A program made the translations under genes and the position numbers. The notes under the pieces were generated by a model, which made no database searches, had not been told where the DNA came from, and was given only the letters and a program-made list of their open reading frames with translations. Shown piece after piece: positions 9,481-16,933 of a stretch of 19,074 nt of DNA (positions are counted from its first letter, which is position 1; each line of letters starts with the position of its first letter). This DNA is from a virus (lineage: Duplodnaviria; Heunggongvirae; Uroviricota; Caudoviricetes): IMG/VR virus record IMGVR_UViG_2563366969_000006. One strand, given 5' to 3'.

Positions 9481-9509
9481 ATTATTGATCTGAAAAAGTG
9501 GTAGATAAA
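9481..9509 (-). promoter_or_regulatory. Candidate sigma70 promoter for the large operon (minus strand: -35 TTTATC, 17-bp spacer, -10 AATAAT)
   Basis: Hexamers read from the sequence between the upstream terminator and the 68-aa ORF; not experimentally supported. Confidence 0.3.
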
Positions 9510-9547
9510 CATATTTCTATCACAAAAACAGATTGATTGATTTCAGC

Positions 9548-9573
9548 CAAAAAAAAGCCGGATTGCTCCGGCT
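9548..9573 (-). terminator. Rho-independent terminator separating the replication/SSB/ProQ block from the large operon
   Basis: On the minus strand, stem AGCCGGA / TCCGGCT with a 4-nt loop, followed by a run of 8 T. Confidence 0.7.
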
Positions 9574-9813
9574 CTGTGCTTACTTCTGGTAGTTACGCCA
9601 TACTGATTTCCCGATCCCATCTATCCCCATTTCTTTTTCAGTGCGTTTAAGCGACCGTTTCAGGTCTTCTAAATTATCCGGTTGCTTCGGTGGCCTCTGC
9701 GCCTTCCTGGAACATTCCAGTCGTCGCATTGATATGTAATACCGTTCCTTGTCAGTTCCCCAACTGCATTACTTCACCCCATCGCGCCGCCGCTCTTCGG
9801 TACAGGGTTTTAG

Positions 9814-10230
9814 TTAGCCTCCGACTCTTCCGTAGTGCTGTTCTGGTGGATTCACATAGCCCCTTTCTTGCAGGTATTCGCGAATATCAGACATCAGGAG
9901 ACGGTTAACCGTGCTCTTGTCTTTTCTCCGGTAAAGGCGTCTGGTGATCATGAAGTAGTTAGCAATGATCTCCGGTATATCCCTGACGCTGATACATGCT
10001 GTATGCTGGTCAATAGCTTCAATCATCTCTTCACGAGTTACAAAAGTCTGGCGTAAACGAGTGATCACACCATGTACATCTGAATGATCATTTATACGCT
10101 TATTTTGGCGCTTCGCGCTCTCGACTGTGACACTGACAACAATGTCAACTCTTTGTTTTTCCGCAATTTCATCCACAATGTGATCACCTGCACGGCGACC
10201 ATGTGCGTGATCATTTCTTACTATTTCCAT
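9814..10230 (-). CDS. Hypothetical protein (138 aa), His-rich N-terminus
   Basis: ORF with GGAGGAG ribosome-binding site; overlaps the 3' end of the ProQ/FinO gene by 20 nt; no family recognised. Confidence 0.5.
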   Translation of the reverse strand: MEIVRNDHAHGRRAGDHIVDEIAEKQRVDIVVSVTVESAKRQNKRINDHSDVHGVITRLRQTFVTREEMIEAIDQHTACISVRDIPEIIANYFMITRRLYRRKDKSTVNRLLMSDIREYLQERGYVNPPEQHYGRVGG

Positions 10231-10708
10231 TCATCTCCTCCAGTAGTTTTCCTGCGTGCGTCTGTTGTAGTGGTGTTACCTCGCCGCACGGCTGGCCTTT
10301 CAGGTCGTAACGCGCGCCACCAGCTACCAGGGCGCGGTAATAGCGCGGAGTCTGCACATAACGCGCCAGCGTTGCGCGTAGTGTTCCCTGTCCGAGTGAA
10401 ATACCTCTCGCGGCAATATCCTGTATCAGGTCGTCAAATATCCCCACCTTAAGCGGCTTAGGTGATTCCTGGCTGAATAATTCAGGCCATAGCTCAATAA
10501 GACGGTTAACGCGTCTGCGGTTTTTACGCTGCTGTTTGGTCATACGCCGCCGCGGTGTTGCTCCTGTGAGCTTCTGCTGTGTGTTCTGGTTATCTGGCAT
10601 CACTTTATGCGCCGATGTGGTTTTATTCTGCTGCTGCGCCGCCTGTGCTGTTTTCTGCGGCGTGCCGTAAATGCCCTTCGGTTTTCTGTTTATGGTCAGC
10701 TTTGTCAT
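10211..10708 (-). CDS. ProQ/FinO-family RNA-binding protein (165 aa) with a basic N-terminal extension
   Basis: The segment [60 protein letters not shown] aligns by eye with the ProQ N-terminal FinO domain (LKIGIFQDL...LRSALRLYTSSWRYL...RVDLDGNPCGE). Confidence 0.7.
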   Translation of the reverse strand: MTKLTINRKPKGIYGTPQKTAQAAQQQNKTTSAHKVMPDNQNTQQKLTGATPRRRMTKQQRKNRRRVNRLIELWPELFSQESPKPLKVGIFDDLIQDIAARGISLGQGTLRATLARYVQTPRYYRALVAGGARYDLKGQPCGEVTPLQQTHAGKLLEEMNGNSKK

Positions 10709-10744
10709 GCCTTCCCCTGTAATTACTCTGTTCGCTGTTGTGAA

Positions 10745-11170
10745 TTAAAACGGTATCCCGTCCCCGTACGGATCATCGTGCTGGCCTGTCTGTTGCTTTG
10801 CCCTGTTCAGTGCATCAGTAGCCTGCCCCTGCTGGCCTTTTTTGCCGCCCGGTCGCGCCGTTCGCGCACTGATTACGCTGTCTGCGATAACCTGCCATCC
10901 CTGCCTCGTTTCGCCGTTCTGGCCCGTCCACCGGCTCACCTGCATGTTACCGGCCACGCTCACCAGTTCGCCTTTGTGGTGTTTTGCCAGTGCGTCAGCC
11001 TGTCTGCCAAACGCCAGGACGGATAACCACATCGTCGCCGTTCCGTCATCTGTCTGATTGCATGGAAGGGGGACCGCCATACTCGCCATCGCCATTTGTG
11101 TGCCCTTGCTGGTGGTCTTTAACTGCGGGTCAGCCACCAGCCGCCCGTAAGCTGATATTTGCGCCGTCAT
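10745..11170 (-). CDS. ssb: Single-stranded DNA-binding protein, divergent short form (141 aa)
   Basis: OB-fold-like N-terminal region, Gly/Gln-rich linker and an acidic C-terminal tail ending DDPYGDGIPF, comparable to the SSB DDDIPF tip; GGAGAA ribosome-binding site. Confidence 0.7.
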   Translation of the reverse strand: MTAQISAYGRLVADPQLKTTSKGTQMAMASMAVPLPCNQTDDGTATMWLSVLAFGRQADALAKHHKGELVSVAGNMQVSRWTGQNGETRQGWQVIADSVISARTARPGGKKGQQGQATDALNRAKQQTGQHDDPYGDGIPF

Positions 11171-11232
11171 GCTGTTTGTTCTCCGGTTTTAACGTGATAG
11201 TTACGCTTGTTTACACTCTTACAGTGAAATTT

Positions 11233-11358
11233 TGCGGGTTACAATCGCACATTTGCGGGTTATAACTGCCGTTTTGCGGGTTACGTGCGGGTTATTAATT
11301 TCCTTTTTAATCATTCAGTTAATTAACTTATGCACAGGATAACCCGCATAACCCGCAA
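11233..11358. repeat. Iteron cluster B (putative origin): TGCGGGTTA at 11233-11241, 11254-11262, 11275-11283 and 11286-11294 (21-bp phasing), AT-rich spacer, then inverted ATAACCCGCA copies at 11339-11358
   Basis: Seen directly; lies immediately 3' of the primase/helicase-like gene; same 9-mer as cluster A. Confidence 0.75.
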
Positions 11359-11380
11359 CTTTTTACCTCACACAGGGAAG

Positions 11381-13507
11381 TTAATCTTCTGCTTCAGGCT
11401 GGAACATCAGCACGTAAAAAATATGTTGCTTCCCGCCAATCCTGCCGAGCGCCTTTTTCTTGTAACGGCGGTCGCCTCCCGCTTCCAGCATTCCGGCTGC
11501 ACTCAACGCGCGGGCAAAGTGAGACGGATTAAATCCCTGTGCTATCTCACCCTCAAACACATGCGGGAACGTGTAAAAACGGAACTCGTCATCTTCGTTT
11601 CTGATACTCCCCTTTCTGTATCCGGCAAGGTCTTTAATCGGTAAATCACGCTCGTCGCTGTTTGGATAGGGAAGGTATCGACTGAACCCGAACGACGACA
11701 AAAACGCCTCAGCCTGTTCAACCATCTGTTTAAATTCCCTGTTGCCCGTGCCGAATTCCTTCACCCAGGCATTAAAGTTATGCTGAACTGCATCACGGCA
11801 CGCCTGAACATCCCAGCCTGTAACATGACCGGAAAGCACAAGCGCGGCCTCCAGTACGGCGAATCTTTCCCCCACACGGTGAACCTGCTCGCCGTAGCTC
11901 TCCGGTATCAGGTTGCGCCACCGCTCGCGACATGCCCTTACCGCGTCCTTTGCCTCCTGCTGGTGGCCTGCCAGCCATTTAACCCACTCACGACCTGCCG
12001 CCCCGTGATTTTCTGTCCAGGCATCTTTTAACGCGTCTGCGTGCGCCTTTCCGGTGCTGTATTCGTGAAACTGCGAGGCCTTTTCCATCGGTACGTTAAG
12101 CAGACGGACAAGCTGCCCCGCTTTAATTTTTATCCCTTCCGTTTTGAGGAATGTTTCAACGTCCATTTCTCCGGTGCTGATTGCCACCGTGCGCCAGTGT
12201 TTTATCTCCCTGTTGCCGCCGTCCTTCGCCCCCTGTAATTTCCCGGAACCGTTAAACAGCGTATAGGCTGACGTGGACACCTCCCGTGCGTTTCCGGCCT
12301 GGCCTATTTCATCCAGGGGTAACAGCCCGTCATTATGTGCTTCGGCCTCGTTGGCGATACCTAACGCCGTTCCGTACCAGGTCAGCCGTTGCGCGTCCGG
12401 CTCTCCCCATAAACTTGATGCAATGTTCTGTGTGGTGGTTTTACCTGCTGATGATTGCTCAAAAAGATGAACCCCGAAGCCGTCAGCACCCACCAGCCCG
12501 ATTAATGGTGCAGATAGCGATACCGCCACACCCAGCATCATGGACGGATTACCACCAGCCAGCCGTGCCACGGTATCGCGCCAGCCCTCCGCTGTTCCCG
12601 CCACGGAATAGCCATTAACAGCGGCAGTTTTTCCGGTAAACAGGATGGGTTTCTCTGATTCACCGATGATCGAACCATCCGGCATGATGTACGCACCAAA
12701 ATGCCACCCCGTTGTTGTGCTTAACTGCCATTCCTCATGGTTTCCGCTTAACTGCATCCAGTCAGCCAGGATAGCCCTGTATTTGCCGTTGGTCGTCACG
12801 TTAAGGCCGTGGTCTTTCAGCAACCGCCAGCCGTCACGGTCACCAATGCCTCCGCACGGGACCGCCATTGTAATGACCTCATGGTTTGCTGGTTTTTTCC
12901 AGCGCATCACGCGGTAATGCTCTTTGCCGATTGTTCCTGTTCCCAGTAGTTCAAGCGGAGAACATAACCACGTCTCAGGCCGGATAATTTCGCCTGACTG
13001 CTTGTCCACTTTGGGCGTTACCCAGAAAACACCATCGACGCGACTTTCAACACGAGGCTTTAATTCGTCATCATAATTTCCGGTGAAATTTGTCTTCGCC
13101 GGAAGGTTGATCACCAGACTGTTACCGCGTTCCGCATCATACTTCAGTCCAGCCATGCGCGGAGTCCAGTCCTCCGGCTGCTGATCAACAAAGCTGCGGT
13201 AGCAACGCGCCTCCTTCACACCCGCCACTGCAAGCAGTGTCGCTATCTGTGTAAGGTGCTGCTCTGATATTTCACCAGCACGATAAATGCGCACGTAATA
13301 GCGTCCTTTGTCGATGATTTGCGTGTCTGCCAGACTCGCCAGTTGTTCCGGTCCAAGAATAACTGGATGTGTATCATCTGCCGCAATATGCTTTCCGGCC
13401 CATTCGCTCCACTCTTTCGCATGTGCCCAGGCATCACTACCCGCAAAGATAATCACCTCCGTCATTTTGTCTTTCGGCTGGTGCTTTAAATTCGGTGCGC
13501 GTTTCAT
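11381..13507 (-). CDS. Replication protein, primase/helicase-like (708 aa; P4 alpha-like role, DUF927-type P-loop helicase domain)
   Basis: Walker A-like SSAGKTT and Walker B-like LLPLDE in the central region; ATGA start-stop overlap with the upstream gene; adjacent iterons. Confidence 0.65.
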   Translation of the reverse strand: MKRAPNLKHQPKDKMTEVIIFAGSDAWAHAKEWSEWAGKHIAADDTHPVILGPEQLASLADTQIIDKGRYYVRIYRAGEISEQHLTQIATLLAVAGVKEARCYRSFVDQQPEDWTPRMAGLKYDAERGNSLVINLPAKTNFTGNYDDELKPRVESRVDGVFWVTPKVDKQSGEIIRPETWLCSPLELLGTGTIGKEHYRVMRWKKPANHEVITMAVPCGGIGDRDGWRLLKDHGLNVTTNGKYRAILADWMQLSGNHEEWQLSTTTGWHFGAYIMPDGSIIGESEKPILFTGKTAAVNGYSVAGTAEGWRDTVARLAGGNPSMMLGVAVSLSAPLIGLVGADGFGVHLFEQSSAGKTTTQNIASSLWGEPDAQRLTWYGTALGIANEAEAHNDGLLPLDEIGQAGNAREVSTSAYTLFNGSGKLQGAKDGGNREIKHWRTVAISTGEMDVETFLKTEGIKIKAGQLVRLLNVPMEKASQFHEYSTGKAHADALKDAWTENHGAAGREWVKWLAGHQQEAKDAVRACRERWRNLIPESYGEQVHRVGERFAVLEAALVLSGHVTGWDVQACRDAVQHNFNAWVKEFGTGNREFKQMVEQAEAFLSSFGFSRYLPYPNSDERDLPIKDLAGYRKGSIRNEDDEFRFYTFPHVFEGEIAQGFNPSHFARALSAAGMLEAGGDRRYKKKALGRIGGKQHIFYVLMFQPEAED

Positions 13508-13806
13508 TTCTTGCCCCTGAATGCGTTAATCATGTTCTTTATTACCTGAATATTTGCCCGTGCTTTCTCTTTACTGGTGGGCTTACTGCGTGGTGCTGCA
13601 CATACCAGTGAAAAATCACGCCGGAACTGATGAACGGGCATCACACAGTCATAGTCGTACCCTGCGCGGCGGTATGTAATGTGCCGTTCATACACGGAAT
13701 TAATAACCACGCTGTCGCCATATTTATCCCGGAAAATATCCCCGATCCTGATTTTCGGATGAGTCTGTCCGCTGGCATTTAAGCCAGTAAATTTAATCTT
13801 CTTCAT
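13504..13806 (-). CDS. Hypothetical protein (100 aa) directly upstream of, and coupled to, the replication gene
   Basis: ORF with ATGA overlap to the primase start; occupies the position held by epsilon/orf151 in the P4 operon (position analogy only). Confidence 0.5.
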   Translation of the reverse strand: MKKIKFTGLNASGQTHPKIRIGDIFRDKYGDSVVINSVYERHITYRRAGYDYDCVMPVHQFRRDFSLVCAAPRSKPTSKEKARANIQVIKNMINAFRGKK

Positions 13807-13808
13807 GT

Positions 13809-14066
13809 TTATTTCCCGGTGTGAGGTTCTTCTTTATATTTATGGGCTAACAAATCTGGTAATTGCCTGTATTTATCCTCGGCAATATATTCAGAATAAT
13901 CGACAGCACTGTTCAGTATATCTAACGCCGTTTCATGCTCCAGATTCGAAACTATAAGGAACGTTGCTACTTTTAGCATATTCGCGATATGCAAAAGAGC
14001 ATCAATTTCATTTTTTGGCGCTTCACTGAATTTTTGCTCCAGAAGAATAAATCGTTCATCACGCAT
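13809..14066 (-). CDS. Hypothetical protein (85 aa)
   Basis: ORF with AGGGGGAA ribosome-binding site; start overlaps the stop of the upstream 67-aa gene by 8 nt. Confidence 0.5.
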   Translation of the reverse strand: MRDERFILLEQKFSEAPKNEIDALLHIANMLKVATFLIVSNLEHETALDILNSAVDYSEYIAEDKYRQLPDLLAHKYKEEPHTGK

Positions 14067-14262
14067 AGTATTCCCCCTGACGGATGCGAGCAGTAAATAC
14101 CATCACGCAGCCAGCCGGGGATTGCTGACGGGCTTTCTGTTCGCTGGTGGCCTCGATGTGGATTACGCGCGGTTGTGCCGTGCTCAGGGCGATAAAACGC
14201 CAGATGTATTTATTCAGGTTGTGCGAGTCCCGCCCTTGCGGGTGTGTGGTATGATTTAACAT
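14059..14262 (-). CDS. Hypothetical protein (67 aa), first gene of the replication operon
   Basis: Internal ATG at 14260-14262 preceded by GAGGT; this is the C-terminal part of an implausible 386-aa ORF in the track. Confidence 0.45.
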   Translation of the reverse strand: MLNHTTHPQGRDSHNLNKYIWRFIALSTAQPRVIHIEATSEQKARQQSPAGCVMVFTARIRQGEYYA

Positions 14263-14343
14263 AGCTACCTCGATACGCTTTCTATCGTTGGTGGTTAGAC
14301 GCCCTGCATGTGTTGCGAGCACTGCGGGGCGTTGCTCTTTCAG

Positions 14344-14425
14344 GTGTATTTCACCTTTGCTTTTTAATTTACTCACTGGTGAAATACACTTCAAGCCTTT
14401 TTTTATCATTTTTTTTGCGTATACT
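14344..14425. promoter_or_regulatory. Divergent promoter/operator region: perfect 12-bp inverted repeat GTGTATTTCACC (14344-14355) / GGTGAAATACAC (14378-14389); candidate minus-strand promoter (-35 TTGAAG, -10 TAAATT) and plus-strand -10 TATACT (14420-14425)
   Basis: Inverted repeat seen directly; promoter hexamers are by-eye matches to consensus. Confidence 0.5.
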
Positions 14426-14455
14426 GACATACACCAATTTTTAGGAGATCCAGAA

Positions 14456-14635
14456 ATGGCAACTGGTGCAAAGAACGCAAAATCACAAATGACAACTGTC
14501 AGAATCCCACATGAAGTAATGGATGATATTGAGCAACTTAAAGAACCTGGCGAAAGTACCGCTGGTTTTTTAGTTACTGCCGCAAAAGGCGAGATCAAAC
14601 GCCGCCAGCGTCGCAAGGCCAAAGAGCAGGAGTAA
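14456..14635 (+). CDS. Small putative DNA-binding regulator (59 aa), possibly ribbon-helix-helix-like
   Basis: ATG at 14456 with AGGAGA ribosome-binding site 8 nt upstream; N-terminal TTVRIPHEVMDDIEQL resembles a beta-strand-helix RHH start; only plus-strand gene block in the island. Confidence 0.5.
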   Translation: MATGAKNAKSQMTTVRIPHEVMDDIEQLKEPGESTAGFLVTAAKGEIKRRQRRKAKEQE

Positions 14636-14692
14636 CCATCACCAGCGCCGTGGTGCGGTGAACTGTGGCGCACAGGGTTACAGGTATCTACG

Positions 14693-14890
14693 ATGACTGA
14701 CAAATCATTAAAGAAATTATCCTCATCCAGGAAAAAACAACGCAAAAATGCGGTAAGCGAACAAGAACAGGAAAGATTTGCGCCATGTGCGTTTGTCCTT
14801 GAGAAGTTCTTAAAAGAGTACAGGCGCACAAAAATGGAATCGCATACCTGGAAAACATCGCAGTATGGCGATGCTAAAGAGCAGGAATAG
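14693..14890 (+). CDS. Small basic hypothetical protein (65 aa)
   Basis: ORF downstream of the 59-aa gene, weak ribosome-binding site; shares a duplicated 3' end (AKEQE-stop) with it; followed by a terminator. Confidence 0.35.
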   Translation: MTDKSLKKLSSSRKKQRKNAVSEQEQERFAPCAFVLEKFLKEYRRTKMESHTWKTSQYGDAKEQE

Positions 14891-14980
14891 CCCACCAGCA
14901 AGCCAGCACACTGATCACATTGCCCACCAGCCGCAAATCTGGCATTGTTGGCGATGCGTTTGATTTCCTTTGTTCCCACT

Positions 14981-15008
14981 GGCGACCTATCCCGGTCGCC
15001 TTTGTTTT
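14981..15008 (+). terminator. Rho-independent terminator for the plus-strand small-gene unit
   Basis: Stem GGCGACC / GGTCGCC with 6-nt loop followed by TTTGTTTT; convergent with the Bro-N gene. Confidence 0.65.
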
Positions 15009-15058
15009 GCCTGTTATCCAGCAACGGGGCGCTTTTTCTTTCTGTAACGTTCGGATCG

Positions 15059-15616
15059 TTACACATTGCTTTCACCCTCCAGAAAATCAGGCTGATATTT
15101 ACGCCATAGCGCCCGCTCTTCTCGTTCCAGTGCATCTTTTGCCTCTTTGCATTGCTGTAACCTGTAACCGCGTTTGCTGGCTTCCTGTTGATATGCAGCC
15201 TGACGTTTACTGAAATCATTCAGCATGGCAAACGGAACACCATAACCCCCCGTTTTGCGGATTGAAGGAATCACCTCGCGGAATACCCAGTTACTGAAAC
15301 GGTGCGCAAATGTGCCTGGTGTGGAAGCTTTACGGCTGCGGACGATCAGTTTGTAGAAACCTGATTCAGAGACAACATTCCAGCTTCTGGCACCACCACG
15401 CTTACCGGAATGCCCCTCGGTTAAAGCTAGGGTCATTACCTCGTCGTTATCCAGAACTGAAACAGCATCAGTAACATTGCTGATTTCCTGCGCAGCACAC
15501 ACATCAGCGCCAACAAACCACGGCTCGCCGTTGATACTCACTATGCGCACCTGAATGTCATCGAATTTAATGACAGAGATTTCAGTGCGCCCGGCATAAA
15601 AGACAGGTTTACGCAT
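15059..15616 (-). CDS. Bro-N domain protein (185 aa), putative antirepressor
   Basis: N-terminal region (F.D..VRIVSINGEPWFVGADVCAA ... SGFYKLIVRSRKASTPGTFAHRFSNWVFREVIPSIRKTGGY) matches the Bro-N pattern from memory; GGAGGT ribosome-binding site; start overlaps the stop of the upstream gene. Confidence 0.7.
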   Translation of the reverse strand: MRKPVFYAGRTEISVIKFDDIQVRIVSINGEPWFVGADVCAAQEISNVTDAVSVLDNDEVMTLALTEGHSGKRGGARSWNVVSESGFYKLIVRSRKASTPGTFAHRFSNWVFREVIPSIRKTGGYGVPFAMLNDFSKRQAAYQQEASKRGYRLQQCKEAKDALEREERALWRKYQPDFLEGESNV

Positions 15617-16433
15617 GGCTGCTCACCTCCATGCGGCGGGCTAACCAGCGTTGCGAAAGGCGAATTAATTCAGCTTTCCGCTGGTGGTAGTCCAGGCCTA
15701 ACTCAATCAGCGTGATATTGCTCTGCTCAAGGTAAGAAAGGTGCTCAAGCTGCAACACGCTCATGTGGTCGCGTGGTTCACCTGTGATGCCGTTCGCCTG
15801 CGCCCACTGTTTTGCAGTCATGCCACCCAGCACGATACGCGCCAGCATATTAGCTTCCGTAGTGTAGTGGTGCTGGAGCGTGTTTTTACCCAGTTCAGCC
15901 CGGTACGCCTCCAGCGCGGCACACATTGGCTTAAAGTAGCTGGCTACGGTGATACGGGCTTTCAGTTCCCGGCGTAACGCTGCGGAACGTACAGGCGCTA
16001 CCTTGTGTAGCTCCTCCTCGCATTTGATGAAGTACTGACGAACGGCGCGGCCCTGTTCGGTGCGTTCGATCATTGCCAGTTCTTTCGCCATTCCGACACT
16101 TAACAGATAGTCTTTACCGGGTCTGCCAGAGTGCTTAATCTTGCTGTAAGCCTCGCCATTCGGGCTTTTCCCCAAATTTGGGGAAATTGTTTTATGGACT
16201 GAGTAATCGTACCCAATGGTGAAGTCATATTCAGAGATACGATCAGTGATCCATGTAGAGAAGTCTTTTCCCACGCCCAACGCTTTGTGTAACGCTTTTG
16301 CGCTAACAACAGCGGCTTCACGCCCGCCAATAACGCCGGAAATAACCGGGATAATTTCGCCGAAATTTTGCAGATTCTGGTTTTCAGGCCGAACAAAGCC
16401 CTGCCCCTGTACGGGCGTTTTTCGCAGTTTCAT
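15609..16433 (-). CDS. AntA/AntB-like antirepressor family protein (274 aa)
   Basis: N-terminal segment (AVVSAKALHKALGVGKDFSTWITDRISEYDF) resembles the AntA domain; GGAG ribosome-binding site 5 nt upstream of the ATG. Confidence 0.55.
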   Translation of the reverse strand: MKLRKTPVQGQGFVRPENQNLQNFGEIIPVISGVIGGREAAVVSAKALHKALGVGKDFSTWITDRISEYDFTIGYDYSVHKTISPNLGKSPNGEAYSKIKHSGRPGKDYLLSVGMAKELAMIERTEQGRAVRQYFIKCEEELHKVAPVRSAALRRELKARITVASYFKPMCAALEAYRAELGKNTLQHHYTTEANMLARIVLGGMTAKQWAQANGITGEPRDHMSVLQLEHLSYLEQSNITLIELGLDYHQRKAELIRLSQRWLARRMEVSSHA

Positions 16434-16508
16434 AAAAACTCCGCTATCGAATTAAGTTACTTTTTATTTGCTAGTGGATAGCTTGGGCAATAACCCGTAG
16501 CTATTTAA

Positions 16509-16706
16509 TCAGGCAGCCGTTCCGCGTGATTCGGCAATACGCTGATTGATCCATTCGTCAATTTCACTTTCAACGAAAGCAATCGCTCGCGAGCCAATTT
16601 TAACTGATGCAGGAAATTTACCTTGCCCCATAAGGCGATAAATCCATGCCTTGCTATATCCAGTTCTACGCTGAACTTCTGTTAAACGAATAAGCGTATT
16701 TGACAT
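16509..16706 (-). CDS. alpA: AlpA-family transcriptional regulator / excisionase-like protein (65 aa)
   Basis: Size, position next to a P4-type integrase, and pattern (LTEVQRRTGYSKAWIYRLMGQGKFP...ESEIDEWINQR) characteristic of AlpA. Confidence 0.8.
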   Translation of the reverse strand: MSNTLIRLTEVQRRTGYSKAWIYRLMGQGKFPASVKIGSRAIAFVESEIDEWINQRIAESRGTAA

Positions 16707-16775
16707 CTATTTACCTCATAACGTCTACTCAATTTGACGAGGTAATCATGGCACAGAAATAACGAATATTTTCAT

Positions 16776-16918
16776 ACCCTCAGGCCTAATGGTTACCGGA
16801 AGGAAATTAACCCTAAGGGTGATGGTAATCGGGAGGAAATCTACCCTAAGGGTGATGGTAAAATTGACGGGGAAGATAAAAAAATACCCTCAGGGTAACA
16901 GTAAATCACCCTCAGGGT
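16776..16918. promoter_or_regulatory. Array of four palindromic operator-like sites ACCCT-N-AGGGT (16810-16820, 16843-16853, 16886-16896, 16908-16918) plus a partial site at 16776-16784, in the alpA upstream region
   Basis: Seen directly; sites 1-2 share the longer unit ACCCTAAGGGTGATGGTAA; located in the 227-bp intergenic region 5' of alpA. Confidence 0.55.
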
Positions 16919-16933
16919 ATGCGGTATGGTGCG

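Noticed and set aside
9580-9729. Possible 49-aa basic ORF between the 138-aa gene and the terminator (minus strand)
   Set aside because: Below the size of the ORF track and with a poorly spaced ribosome-binding site; cannot be supported from sequence alone, though it would end just before the terminator.
10607-11265. Plus-strand ORFs overlapping the SSB and ProQ/FinO genes
   Set aside because: Antisense to genes with recognisable family signatures; Cys/Leu-rich translations typical of shadow frames.
14059-15219. 386-aa minus-strand ORF spanning the switch region
   Set aside because: It runs antisense through two plus-strand genes and a terminator, overlaps the Bro-N gene in another frame, and has a low-complexity Ser/Cys-rich translation. 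Only its C-terminal 67 codons (14059-14262), which have their own ribosome-binding site, look like a gene.
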